A DNA stretch of 61,813 nt, filler included, from Porpidia crustulata (Eukaryota), in the NCBI GenBank assembly GCA_964255105.1. It is 6 parts of 6 records of this genome, joined end to end, with 100 filler letters (N's around TTAATTAATTAA, not from the genome) between each part and the next. Parts side by side here need not be neighbours in the genome. Positions count along the whole stretch, not along the records: positions 30,989 to 41,202 come from CAXUWE010000814.1; positions 41,303 to 51,516 come from CAXUWE010000815.1; 4 more parts are not named here. One strand, written 5' to 3'. The position numbers were made by a program, and so were the translations under genes. Below, in pieces: positions 38,801 through 51,616 of this stretch; position 1 is the first letter of the stretch; each line of letters opens with the position of its first letter. The notes under the pieces are model-generated. The model saw only the letters and a program-made list of their open reading frames with translations. It was not told where the DNA came from and did not search any database.

Positions 38801-39322
38801 AACAACCAGTATCGGCGAGCGTTCCAGATGGCTGTTCCGGAACGCAAGATGTTAGAGGAGGGATCCACCCATGTTTTCACTGCCAGGCAGTGGGGGTATT
38901 ACGATGATTCGGATTCGCTCGATGTGCTGATTGGCTGGCTTGACAACCGTGGCGTGCGGGAGATCAAGCTGCGCAAGGAAATCCAAGCTCAACGGGACAA
39001 GATCAGTATCCACATGGATAAGCGCAAGGAGTATCTGGCGAACAGTGACGACAAGAAGTCGGAGACCGGTGAGCCTGTGACAAGAGTTTCGACCAGAACC
39101 AAAACATACGTAGACCCAACGGGACACAGATGCCTGACGTGGAGAAACACGACGGCGGAAAAGGAGCTAGGGCACATTCACTCGGCTCCGAAGCCACCTT
39201 CTTACAAAAAGCAAAGCACAAAGGCTCCGAAGAAACCCGTGGAGGATGAAGGCCGGCAAACCCGAGCGACCAACAAGAACAGCAAAACGCTTACCCGACA
39301 AGGGACTCGTTATGCCTTTTGA
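35813..39322 (+). CDS. ITC1: ISWI chromatin-remodelling complex subunit Itc1/ACF1-like (WAC, DDT, WHIM/WSD); multi-exon with an ATG-only first coding exon
   Basis: ATG|intron|VLFKRKPV start, WAC FICEITGHSGL, DDT LLETWNTLNVYCEVFQLDSFTFDDY and WHIM2 LGKDRFWNRYYWYE. Confidence 0.9.
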
Positions 39323-40032
39323 GCGACTTATTGAAGTTCACCTCGTCTATATTTGAAGCGTTCTTGAAAGCATTGCATGTTACATCGGCGTTTGTTTTGG
39401 CATCTTCTTCTATACCTCCATGCATCATGATTGTATGGTGTTTAGATGTTGGATTGTTGAGGCTCAAGCTATATGCTGCACACTCAGGCTTTCATCCCTG
39501 GGAAGCGTCTTTTTTATCTGCCGTTAAACGGCCGATGTGTTTGCATCCAGCATCGCAATACACCTGAGGAATTTGAGCGAGGTCTTACTGTATTTGTGCA
39601 TTGAATAAGGCCGTCTGCGGCCAAGGCTGTCTGCGTCGGAGCTGTCTAACGACGCATATACCACTAGCTAGACGAAGAGGTTCTCTCTTGATACCAATGA
39701 AAGAGATTCCAGATTCTTACTGCTGACTTCGTTCAGCTATGAGGTGAAGGTGAAGGCAATCATCTAGTACAAGTTCATCTGATGGTCCGGCAGACTTTTC
39801 ATAGGTAGTTTCTTGGCTTCCTGTTGGTGGTGAAACGAACCAATGAGATCCAAGAAGAGTAAGCGAGGATCGGCCCGAAATCCGATTACGCCAAGCTCCA
39901 GCCCTACCGACTACTTCGCTTCTGTTCGCTTTGATCAGTGAAAAAGAAATCGTGGTTCCTCACTGATTTATCCAATATGACAACAACAGCATAATACATT
40001 CTCTATTTCTTGGGTAGCTTGGTGAGAACCAA

Positions 40033-41202
40033 ATGGCTTCCAATGAATTGAGTCCGAGAGGTATGCTTGCCTGTTGCAATCTTATAAACGAATAGATCAA
40101 CTGGCTAAATGCGTCTTTCAGCATCGATTGCCTCAAGCACTGATACCAGTCTTGCTGATGCCGCTGCTGCCGGGAAACCGCTGCCGAAAAAGGACAAAAT
40201 TTCTGGAGCTCTCAAGCTGAAGAAGTCTATTGCAAAGAAGACAAAGCCCAAGGATGCCGAGGGCACTGGTAAGCCGAGCCGGTAATATCCTATCGCCATA
40301 TTGGCAATAATTTGACGGAAAGTCAGAGCCAAAAGGTGGCGGGACGACTCGGAGCCCCTCGGCTGATTCTCCAACTCCTAATGGTAACGACACTGATCCC
40401 AAGTCTTCCTTTCCACCGGGCCGCCCGCTAGAAGATCGCCCCGACATGATATCATGCAAACACTGCAAGAAGCCCATGGCCAAGTCTGTCGCAGCATCTC
40501 ATACTAAAATTTGTGAACAAAAGAAAAAAGAACGGGCTCGAAAAAAGAAAGAAGCAAAAGAAGCTTCCCAACGAGCAAAGGGGGTTAAATCTGAAGACAA
40601 GGATAAGGACAAGGACAAGGATGGCGATGTTCCTATCGAAGAATCTGTAACCGTAAGCCGCGACGAAGCCACCGACGGTATCATCAAGTCCGCCAAGAAA
40701 AGCGCCGCCAAACGAACTCCCGAAGGTGGACCAAAGAAGGGCAAAAAGAGAAAAGCAGATGGTGAGGCCGACAAAGAACCCAAGAAGAAAAAGGCGAAAA
40801 AAGATGAGCCACCAAAGCCGAAACTTCCCAAGCCAAAAGGTCCGGTGGATGTGGAAAAACAATGCGGCGTGCTCCTCCCGAACGGCGGTTTCTGCGCCAG
40901 GAGTCTAACCTGCAAAAGCCACTCCATGGGTGCTAAACGAGCCGTCCCCGGCAGGAGTCTACCGTATGATATCCTACTAGCACAGTATCAGAAAAAGAAT
41001 CAGGCCAAACAACAAAGTACGCCTCCTTCCCATTCCATCTTTCCGCCCTTTCCCTCCCATACTCCCATCCAACCTCCATATCCCCCAAATCTACTTATTC
41101 CCTCAATCCTAACGCACAACCACCGCAGAAGCCGCAATCTCCGCCAACGCCCCTCTCCCCGACGACTTCGAAACCACCGGCCCCATCGACTCGGACGAGG
41201 AA
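40033..41202 (+). CDS. SGF73: SAGA subunit Sgf73 (ataxin-7-like); multi-exon, 3' truncated
   Basis: Zn finger CKHCKKP...HTKIC and SCA7 domain VDVEKQCGVLLPNGGFCARSLTCKSHSMGAKRAVPGRS. Short GT-AG introns lie upstream of and after the SCA7 domain. Confidence 0.9.
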
Positions 41203-41302
41203 NNNNNNNNNNNNNNNNNNNNNNNNNNNNNNNNNNNNNNNNNNNNTTAATTAATTAANNNNNNNNNNNNNNNNNNNNNNNNNNNNNNNNNNNNNNNNNN
41301 NN
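41203..41302. other. Artificial contig spacer
   Basis: N44-TTAATTAATTAA-N44. Confidence 0.97.
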
Positions 41303-42219
41303 CTTACAGGTAATGTCTAGGCGGTCGAGATAGGCGACGGAGTAGACGCGTGCGATGCTGGCGCCGCAGGTGAAGCCGCCGAGGAGGAAGACGGCGCTGA
41401 CGGCGACTTTTTTCCGCTTCGAGAGGACGAGGTTCCAGATGACGAAGATGGGGAGGACGAGGATGGCGAAATCGAGGGTCACGTTCGGGATGGCGTAGCC
41501 GAGCAGGTAAGACTGGAAGCTGAAGTGGTGGGTGATGGGCGGGCCGAGCCCGTTCAGGCACTGTTTGACGGGTAAGCATTGCAGGGCGCCGGCGAAGATG
41601 ATGCCGATGCACCAGGCGAGGGAGAGGGCGCCGGTGACGTAGATGGCGGTGCGGAAGGTTTTGTGGACGCCGAAGAGACGGTAGTAGAAGAGGAGGAGGG
41701 AGGTTTTAATAAGGGTGATGGTGATTGGGTAGACGAGTTGGATGGCATAGCCGGTCTAGTTTGGGAGTCCGATGTTAGGTTTGGCGGTGTTGAAGGATGG
41801 CGAGCACCCACTCTCAGAACAATCAATACTTGAGGTATTGGAACTATTTCTATATGTTTACCCACGCCATTGGCAAGTCCTAAGTGGAGAAAATCAGCAA
41901 TGTCCAAGCAGAATACCTAGAGTAATCATACTGACCTACAAAATCTATTATTGAGCCTGCGACGAATCCAACCTGATACTTGATTGGCATTCATTCAGCA
42001 AGTCGAGGGTATCAAGGCACATACAAGCGAAAGAACTGCGAATAAATCATCCCACCAATAAGGCAATACCGACAGCTTTCTTGATACGAGACGTAACCCG
42101 ACAGCTAAGAACGCCAAAATGAGCATAAAGATATTGACCCCAAGAGCCAACGACGAGCGGTCTTCTGTCAGATCCGGCATCGGCATTGGCATCATCGGAA
42201 CAGGTGGTGGCGATGACAT
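41303..42219 (-). CDS. PTH11-like fungal rhodopsin-domain integral membrane protein (no CFEM seen); multi-exon, 3' truncated
   Basis: AVGLRLVSRKL...WWDDLFAVLSL, GVGKH, KTSLLLFYYRLF, DFAILVLPIFVIWNL and KKVAVSAVFLLGGFTCGASIAR. Confidence 0.85.
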
Positions 42220-44130
42220 GTTGATGGCGACAGCAAGACAAAGATGAACGCTCGTTGATGCTGAAACACGGCGAAAGACCTCATGATCTTATATCGAGCT
42301 GCCCAGACCATATGCCATGGTAGCTCACCAGCTCGGCAGGACTATTTCAAGCCCCACGAAGCAGTCAACGTCTTGTCATCCAGTAGCGTGCGGAGAATTT
42401 TCTTTTGGAACGACGATGCCAGTGGGTAATTGAGATGGAGCATGTCCAGGCGTGCTAATGAACGTCGCCCATCTTGCGCTATCCCCACATTTCACCACGT
42501 TCTGTGGGTTCGGCTTTCGCAATGCCCATGTGGATGCTGCATCAGACTCCATAGACAACCAATGGCAGCCTCTAGTATTTCGTCCGGTCGTTCTTGGCGC
42601 AAGGAATACTCGTAGATGAAGGTATCGATAGTCGGAGAATCTCTCTCTCACTCATCCGACCTCATTCTATTCGAGCGCATCTGCGTTCGAGGCACAAGCG
42701 CGCCGCTACCGCGCTAGATCGTGTCCGATTGCCCTGAATTAGGGGTTGTGCCGACCGAACGCTCAATATGACGGGAACTGATAGTCTGATGGTAGCACTA
42801 CTATGTAGGCCCGTGTGGATACCTGGTTGGGGTCAACCTAGCCTGCTAGGCCAGCAACCCAACCAAGTTTGTCTTTCCAACCCTAATAATGGCACCACCA
42901 TCCCGCTGTCAAGCTGGGTTCGCAATCATCGTTTTATTACTACTCAAATGGATCTAGCCCTCTTAGATTATTTCTTAGTAGTGCTTAAATGAACAACTCC
43001 GCTCAGGAACAATACCGATTTCAGACCACGATGCGAAGAAGCAAAGCGCTTTGATTGACCATCCATATTGAGCGAGACTTGGAGAATTCGTCTGCCATAC
43101 CCCATGCATCTGGGGAGCTAGCAGTCAAAGCTCTGGCCAACTGACGCCGCCTTGATGCATGCATACATGCATGCGTCGGAGAATTATTGCTTTTGTGGCA
43201 CTGCCGTGCATCAGATAAGGTCATGTTGGAACGCACGGGCAATCGCTGAAGTAGGTACACACTGTGCAGGTCACAGAGGGCATCGAGGGCCAACATTATC
43301 ATCGCTCATGACGAGTGAGATAGATCTTCGACTGCTGGCCCAATTAGTCCTCATTTGGCTAAATGCGCCTATCTTGTCTATCTGGCTCTACCGCTCAAGC
43401 CTCCAATTCATCTCTGGCTTTATTGAATCAATCACGAGCTACCTGCTTTGTGGCTTTAGGACGTTGCCTACTAAACTTTAGTTACCCCTACTCTTATACT
43501 CTCTACCAAGAGTGAAGCAAGCCATCCATACCAAACCCATTACGAAAGAACCTTGTAGTCCTTCTAGCGTTTCCGCGTCCTCAGCTTAAAGGCGTAAAGT
43601 CTTCTGCTGGAAAGGTCCAGAGGAAGCTTAGTGACACTTAGTCCCTAATCAAGGCTTTCGATAGCGGCTTAAGGATTCCTATTATGAGAAATCATGGGAG
43701 AGATTAGTAGCTGTATAGCAAGGCCCGAGCAAGACACTGGGAGTTATCTGTCGTGCGCAGAGATAGAAGGAGGAAGGTGAGAGATGAAACGTTTATTCCC
43801 GAAGTGGATAGGTGGAGTTGCAAGTACACCACACTTAAAGCGCCGACGGACAGCTGGTCTTTCACCTCAAACGGGGGGTTAAGTGTATCGAGTCTTGAAA
43901 TGTGAAGATATTATACGTGCTAGTGGGAAACTACTCTAAAAGTCACTGTTCGATTATGGTACTGCACTGGAGCAATGCCGGCGTGGCAATGGCTACATCT
44001 GAAATATGAAGATATACACAAAGTTGACCCGCATGATCGCATTTCCACGCGTGTCGAAATAAACGCCTGAAGGCCAGACTGTTTGTGTCATTTCACCTTC
44101 GCTAGACCCTCCACCCTGACATCAACTGTA

Positions 44131-46507
44131 CTATGAAGCCCCACCATAAGGAGGCTGCTGTGGTGGAGGAGCATTTGCATCGTAGCCATACGGCATTTGA
44201 TTGTACCCATAACCTGCCTGTTGAGGCTGCAATCCTGGGTGAGAGTACGATTCATGTTGAGGAGCTTGATAGCCGTACGCCGGCTGTTCCTGCTGAGATG
44301 TTGTGGGCAAGTAAGAAGGATGACCGTAAGGAGCTTGCTGGTACACTGGATTAGGACTTGGCGAGGGACGTCTATTGTCAAAGGTAGTCTCGGTGCTAGG
44401 ATACGCGACAACAATGTTGTCCGCCGCTGAAGATGATTCTTGAATCTCTCGACCAACACCGCTGCTGCTATCCTGGCCTGTGAGATGTTCCCATGACGCA
44501 CCACTGTGGGTAGTGTGAGTGTGTGGCGCATGAATACCAGCAGCTCCGAGTGCCCCGCCGATATTGTTTTCCTCTTCTGCACTTAGTCTATGATTCTTGC
44601 CGTTCCTGACACTCTCGGACCCGAGTAGATCATTCAATTGGTTACTTTGGCTGGGCTGGGAGTGCGCCCATCGTTGAACGATGTTGAACATGTTTTGGTG
44701 AAGCTCACAATGCGGGTCACGGATTGCTGGGTGATGGAAGACACGGATAATGTCATTGAAAACCTGTTCTACAGGCACATCAGGATGTTCCCACGCGTAG
44801 AGGACTCGTGGCGCAACGTATTGTAGGATGCACGATGCTACTTTTCCGGCAGGTTCGTTGAGGGTGTTGGAAAAGTGGTCTTTAGAAAGCATGGAGTGTG
44901 TGGGATCTGAGCAATGGGGATCCGTCCATGGCTCGTACTGATGGTTACCACTTGCGTTGACGACAGAAGAGCTCCCGGCTTTGAGCTGCACAGAAACGGC
45001 GTTGATAATTGGTCGGATAAACGGCGCCAGGAGCGAGAGAATGAAGAGCGTTAGCTTTTCCGTGATTTTCTCAACCAAGGCCTCAAGACCAGGAATCTTT
45101 TCTATAGTGGCAGAGACGATTCTCACAACCTTGTCCCTAAATTCCAAAATAGGGTATATTTGAGCAGCTGTCTTCATTGGATCGAAATCGGGGCTCATGC
45201 CCGGGATACTAGGGCCAGGTGGGCCTCCCACAGTACCTGGTGGTGGTGCAAAAACGTTGCCACTCACCGCCGGAAAGTCTGCAGGAGGCATTGCCCCGTG
45301 CGAATGATTGTATGGAGGAGGCGGTGTCATGGAAACGGAAGCATCTATAGGAGCACCTCGTCGACCTGATAAGTAATTCTGCTGAGCATCGGACTGCGCC
45401 TGAAGCGTCGCAGCTTGTTGGCATAATCCGCTCGTGCCAGGCACTTGGGATAATAGATGTGTCATCGCCGATAACTGCTCGGACTGGCCAAAGCCGCGTT
45501 GCTTAATATCAGAAGCTTGCGATTGACCCTGCGCCTCTTTGAGTGCAATATCCATCTGCTCAACTTCTGTCTGCGCAAAGTGATCTGTTGCTTCTCCCAG
45601 GACCGAATGAAGGAAGTCTACGGCTCCAAAGGTTCCGGTGACCAGAGGAAAGACTCTATGACCGTGTAGAACCACTTCTGTTGCGGTTCCGGTATGCGGG
45701 AAAACACCTGTGAAGCCCATCTCTCGTAGAGCGAGTTCTGTATAGTTCGTATGAGCTCCAAAGTCCTCCAAGCAATGCAAACCTTGACCGAGGCATCTCA
45801 GAGCTTCACAGAGGTCGGCTTCTTTTCCTCTGATACCACTGCCTCCACTGGTATAGACCCTTCCGAAATGAATGCTTCTCGAAAAGCTGTGCTTCACATA
45901 CCCTGCACTAGTAGCAATCCCTAGCTGTTCGTTTGCTATGTAGTTCTTCATACCAGTCTCTGGATCTATCTGTAGCTCCATTGGCTGCACTGGCGGGCGT
46001 AATCTTTCGTCATATTTCCTAGCATCCACATTGTCCGCATAATCCTTTGGATTATCAATGTGCTCCTCGGGTCTGTAGACGCCAAGGCGTTCCTCCGTAA
46101 CTTCAAATTCACCAGTGGCGTAGCCAAAGCTAAGGAAAGAAAGAACCCATACTAGAATGCGAATGGTCCCAGATTGAATGCCTTTCAAAGTTCCTACGTC
46201 GACAGCTTGGCTGTAGTCACGTAGCCAATTTCCAAAATAAACTCTTTTTACCATCATCGAAGTCCATTTGTGGCCTTTAATGAACGCGACCGTTTTAAGC
46301 ATATCCTCTATATCACCATGTCGCCAATTGATGCCTTCGATCTTAGAGATCGAGGCTACAAACCTTCAGTGGTAGAAGCCTTCAGGAAGACGACGCCTTA
46401 CCTATGTTACCGGCACCAAAAGCTGCGACTGGTGATGCGAGGAAAAGCAACAATGCAGCCAGCACAAACACCGACCCTGGCATAGCGAGAAGTATTGATC
46501 TAGCCAT
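44131..46507 (-). CDS. Het-C domain protein, probably the TinC-like paralog (2 exons)
   Basis: Signal peptide, then FGAGNI|ASISKIEGINWRHGDIED, RVYFGNWLRDYSQAVDVG, YRPEEHIDNPKDY, GQGLHCLEDFGAHTNY and DPTHSMLSKDHFSN, with a Q/P/Y-rich tail. Confidence 0.9.
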
Positions 46508-47222
46508 CTTCTTTGGTCTCCCTTGGGAGCTACGATAGGATAGGTATAAACAGGTCCAATTGGGGTTGAAGGGTATGATCGGGTACGCGCGCTAATCGCG
46601 CGCTTACGGAGCTAAGCTGTCTCCTAAAGGGGATATGATTACCTCGGTGTGTGATGTTCCTGGGCAGTAGTGTGTGTGGTGATTAATAAATAAGTGAAAG
46701 TGAGCGATGAATTAAAATATCACACCCTTGAATCATCGGCGTGGTGATGCTCTTGATTCACTATAAAAGATCTTGTTGGTCATCTGTGACTCAAAGTGAT
46801 GAGAAACTTTTCAATTTAGAAACACCGCCTTTATTTCGTACGGTTACATTCTCAACTCCACTCCCATTAGCCATCGATTAGCCACATCGTCAAACCCGAA
46901 GCCGCCTCAAAAGAACATCCTATGCTGTACTTTAGACACCATCCTCCCGAGAGCCACCATGGCGTGCCAATAGTAGCTACACATACAGAAACGAAGGAGT
47001 CATTGACTGTCGTAGTCAACTCTTAGAATACACGCCGGGGGGTATTAGAAACATTGACGTAAATATTTTTTACTGCTCTTGACATAAAATATGCATGAAA
47101 TATCATGTGAAGACCACATCTTTAGGCGGTGCTCACCTCCGAATCGGTTAAACTATACAGGATCCTCTTACCTAGGGTGCCGTCTTCTAGTATTGCGCGA
47201 GAGTAGGAGAATTGGGTGACAG

Positions 47223-50200
47223 TTACGGTTGCGCTTGCGGTTCCTGTTCCATCTTGGCAAGCTTCTCCTTTTCGAGGTCATTAAGTTGATGATACAAGTT
47301 TTGGAAGTAGGGATCCACAGATATGTGCTTGAAGAATTCAACAAGGTAGCGCTGGGTGTCATCATCCCACTGGCGGGTGTTCCAACGAGATTCGTCCATA
47401 TAGGACATTAATTCTGTAACTCGTATTAGTCATGATGAACAATGGTGACCATTGCCTCGTAGGGTTGAGATTACCATTTCTAGTTGTCGGCGCTCCTAGG
47501 TCCACTACAGGCTCATCTTCCCAGTCGTCATCTTCGTCGTCGCTGTCAAGATCACCTGCGTTCGCGCTCTTGATAGGGCTAGGGGTGTTGGGATTCGCAA
47601 GCTCCTGGATGAGGACCTTGATAAGTTTGAGCGATACAGGAATCATGGAGAATTGGTCCGGCTCTCTCTTTGCTATGGAACGAGTCTTGATGCGGGTGGC
47701 GTTTTGAATTATGAGGTCTCCTTTAACAAGGATCTGTGAAAGCCGCTGATCGTGACGTTTATAGATATTCGTGAGGGCAGTGACATTCTGTCGAATTGCT
47801 TCGTAGCCTGAAAAATTGACAGAATTCTCGAGCCATTTTCTCATGACGACCTCGAGACCTGTACCACCACCTGGGCCATCAACTTGGAACTGTCCGAGAA
47901 AATCGAGTACTTCTTGCGCGCTAGTCAGTGAAAGTCGAGCAAAGACAAGGACAAGGTTCTGAATAAAGCTCGCATGTTCTGCAGTACTTAAACGAATAGC
48001 AACGACACGGAGAAGATCCATGAGAAATGGTCCAAGTTTGTCAGCCCCTGCCTTCTCAACGACTTCAACCGCCAACCCTCCCACCTCTGCTGCCGATGCA
48101 TCGTCGACGCCGGGTCCCAGCAAACGGTCGATGATAAGGAGGATGATCTCAAGGCCTCCTTTTCCAGTTTCAGGATCATGCCAGCCAAACATCTGCTTGG
48201 AATCGTGAGCCAAAATATGCTTTATTGTTACTGTGGCCGTCTGGTGTAGGCTGAATTCCACTCCGGAGAATATGAGACGGTATAGCTTTGGCATGACTGT
48301 AGCAACAAAACCATCAGGCAGCGGTTCTGGACCATGCTCAGCAAGACTGCACAGGAGAGATACTGCCATATCGCTGAGAGCGTTCTCTGCTGTCATATCG
48401 CCTACGTCAAGCGCTCCTGTCAAAGTAGGTAATACCTTGGCGCATAGTTGGGCATAGGCTTCCGGGCCTTGGGCAGCCATTGAAGAAGTTATTGACTCGA
48501 AGGCTTCGTTAACCAGCATAGTAGTCTGGAAGCTACTTGCGCCGTACGAAGCCATGGTAAAAAGGACGTCTAGAGCAGGGTGATCCAAGCACAAGCTAGG
48601 GTCAGCCATAATGGCGTCTCGGAGGGTCTCCACAAGGGTATCAAGCAGGTCCTCGCTCTCTTTGAAGTCGCTCAGATCCTGCGAAGATAGGAAATTGGAT
48701 ATTGCAGCTATTGTCTGTACTTGAAATTCACGCGCTCTAGATGAGGGCAGGGCCTTCAAGTATTCTTGGAGTACCCGGATGCCAGAAACCTTGACAATAT
48801 CAGAGCTATCTTTGTTAATTGTATTCAGTGTCTGCTGTGCAAATTCAGGCACCAATGCGCTCATGGTCCCTCCGGTCATTGTCGTAAGCGTGCCAGCCAC
48901 AATATATCCTCGTGCCCTCAAGAAGTCATCCTCGTCCTGCATCGCGAGCCGAATGAATTCAAGATACGCGCTAGCAGCTTCTTGGGCAATACCTCTGTCA
49001 TAGCTATTGAACTCATCGAGAATTTGCTTGAGTATGTATAAGGCGGCTTCTTTGAGCTTCGGGCTGGATGCAGCGTCTCCAAAGACATTTCTGGAGTAAA
49101 TTAGAAGGTGGTCAGCTACAGGCCATCTGCATAGCTTGGTCACAAAATTTGAGCAGGCATTTCGCGGCGAATAATTTGCGGTTTCGGAAGTCTCCTCGGA
49201 CAAGAAGACATTCACGTCAAAGTCCCACAAGCCCTGTTCCTCCTGTGTGATCTGAGCATACCCCACTAGTATTGCCATAACTTGTGTGATCCAGGTACCG
49301 TCATTCTGTGCGCCATTTAACATGCCGTCAGGCGACACCTGTGTTTCCATTTCTCGGCGAACAGGTCCAGTGCTCAACAAGGTCTGAATGTAATCGAGCT
49401 CTTCGATTACCAAAAAATCAAGCGTATATGGCAATCGATCGGCATCCTCCATCCTGCTCTGACGATTTTCATTGACGTACAAGGCATGATAAGGCCCCAG
49501 ATGAGATTGCAAGCTTTGCCACAATGTACTGAACAGATCGAGTGTATGAGCGCTGAGGAGTTGGGGAAATATGGTGTGAATTTTGTCGAGAGCCTGGCCC
49601 AAGATCAACCAAATGTCAAGCTGAGAATTCACCCAAACTCACCTTGACCACCTGGGTTTTCAACGCTACCACTCCTCGCCAGTTTAACGCTGCAGGACCC
49701 ATTTGTTCTTCCTCTTCTTCGCTTGGCACGTACGGTAGATCCATCTTGAGTACCTCAATGAAAAATGGCGACCAGGCATCCGACGCGTCTTGCATGAACT
49801 GCTTCACCGAGGCCTTATTCGTTTGATATACCATCTCGATTGTATCAAAGCATGCCCTGAAGATGGATATTGCTAGAGCCCTCGAGGCAGGTCTCTTTCC
49901 CCCGTCAACTGCGACGTCGTGAAGACATTTGACAAGATCGACTGCAGCACCGGAAAATTGCTCCTCATCAAAGCCATCCTCCACCAGGTTGCCGAGTACC
50001 ACAAGAATATTGTGGAGTTGGACACCATCAGTCTGGCGCACAAGTTGCAATAGCTGTGGCAGCAGCGTCGGCCAGGCTTCTGGAAAATCTGTACTTGCAA
50101 TCTTGCTGACAACATAGCTAGCCGCACCGACAATCTTTTTCTCTTCCTCTGAGCTTGTCGCAATAGCAAGGAGGGATTGCCTCACTTGGTCCTTGGTCGC

Positions 50201-50452
50201 GTCGTCAATGAGTACTGCTCCAGCATAGTCGTCCAGTGAAGGCGACCACGTCTTTAGAACTAGTGTCTTCAACGTTAGAAGCGAGGCCTGGCGCAGAGCT
50301 ATCGAGACCGAATTATGAGACGCTATGGAGATTAGGGAGATGGGAAATGCCTGATTAGGATATAGCTGCTCCAAGTGCCGCTCTGCATCATTGCGGATGG
50401 CAGCATTGGGCTCTAGCGTTACGGCCAGGAGATCAAGCACTTGTTGCTCCAT
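47223..50452 (-). CDS. Importin-beta family karyopherin, importin-9/Kap114-like (3 exons)
   Basis: IBN_N-like start MEQQVLDLL...IRNDAERHLEQL, motifs DFPEAWPTLL, DVNVFLSEE and VKGDLII...IKTRS, an acidic loop, and a last exon DDDTQRYLVEFF. ORFs 49616-50467, 47362-49632 and 47223-47408 are joined by introns. Confidence 0.85.
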
Positions 50453-50700
50453 GCTCACGACCATCAATTGACCTTCAATCGAGGGTTTGGCTTGCCTTAT
50501 TGGCGATGGTACCTGGCGTTGAAGTCAAAGATTGGCGGAGTGCTAAAGAGCGCGATGCGTGTGGCGTTTCCGCGTGTTGCTGAGCCCCCAGTCTTTTCGG
50601 CTGTGGCTCAAACTTTCTTCTCGACAACCCAACAGCCTCGGTCTTTCCTCCGAGAGAGTGATAGAAAGAGAGGAACACCAGGTCTTAGTTATACAGAAGT

Positions 50701-51516
50701 ATGACAACTCACCACTCTTCTTTCCCTGTCCTTGACACCTATCAGGCTGTGGTTTCAGCCTTCAGCGAATTCTTGATCGTGGCAATCCACACGATTCTCT
50801 ACGAACGGGATATCTACCCTCGGACCTCCTTTCTCAGCGCCAAGAAGTACAATTATCCTGTGAAACAGAGCAGACACCCAAAGGTATGCCAATGGATTCA
50901 AGATGCCGTTGCTGCGGTCGAGGTGGAAATGCTGAAGGTAATGGCTTCCTGTTCTATATCGTCCTAGTGCTTTTTTTGGGGTGATATAACACGTCTTTAA
51001 TTGTGACACGTCTTCAGTTCTTTTTGCTTAATTTTTTCAAGAGCCTAGTCGCACTAAGAAGGTTCATCTGAAGGTTTTTTTTTTGAAGGAATCAAGAATT
51101 TCTTGAGGCTAATTCACTCTGGTTCGTTGTATCTCCCGTGCCTGCTATCAAACTCTATAACTCATTTGATTCAATCAATTTCTTCAATGGAAAGAGACAT
51201 ATGTGAACAATCCATTATGAATATCTACTGGCCCCGATGAACGTAGTGGGATTGAAATGAATCCCACTTTTCAGAAGCTCCCTTCATCCGTATCTTCACC
51301 ATGTCATCGGTGTGACGTGTCGTTACATCCTGATGTAACCCCCTCAATTCACCGTCCAAGGAATTCCATCTCTCCTCTTCACCAGTTTAATCGCATGGTG
51401 CTCTGACTCTAGTCACTTTCTCGTGGCTGTCCATGGCCCCACCCAGATCTGGAATTGTTCGTCGCTAACGTTTGCCACCCCCTTAGTCCACCGTCTCCTC
51501 AACCTCCCTTCTAATC
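50701..51516 (+). CDS. REV7: HORMA-domain Rev7/Mad2B (DNA polymerase zeta subunit); exon 1 50701-50937, exon 2 from 51487, truncated
   Basis: EFLIVAIHTILYERDIYPRTSFLSAKKYNYPVKQSRHPKVCQWI is characteristic of Rev7. Donor GTAATG at 50938, branch GCTAAC near 51464 and acceptor TAG at 51486 give the in-frame continuation STVSSTSLLI. Confidence 0.85.
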
Positions 51517-51616
51517 NNNNNNNNNNNNNNNNNNNNNNNNNNNNNNNNNNNNNNNNNNNNTTAATTAATTAANNNNNNNNNNNNNNNNNNNNNNNNNNNN
51601 NNNNNNNNNNNNNNNN
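51517..51616. other. Artificial contig spacer
   Basis: N44-TTAATTAATTAA-N44. Confidence 0.97.

Noticed and set aside
6832..51516. Apparent co-location of POL3, REV7, cyclin, ITC1 and SGF73 as a genome-maintenance cluster
   Set aside because: They lie on different concatenated contigs, except ITC1 and SGF73, whose adjacency alone is unremarkable.
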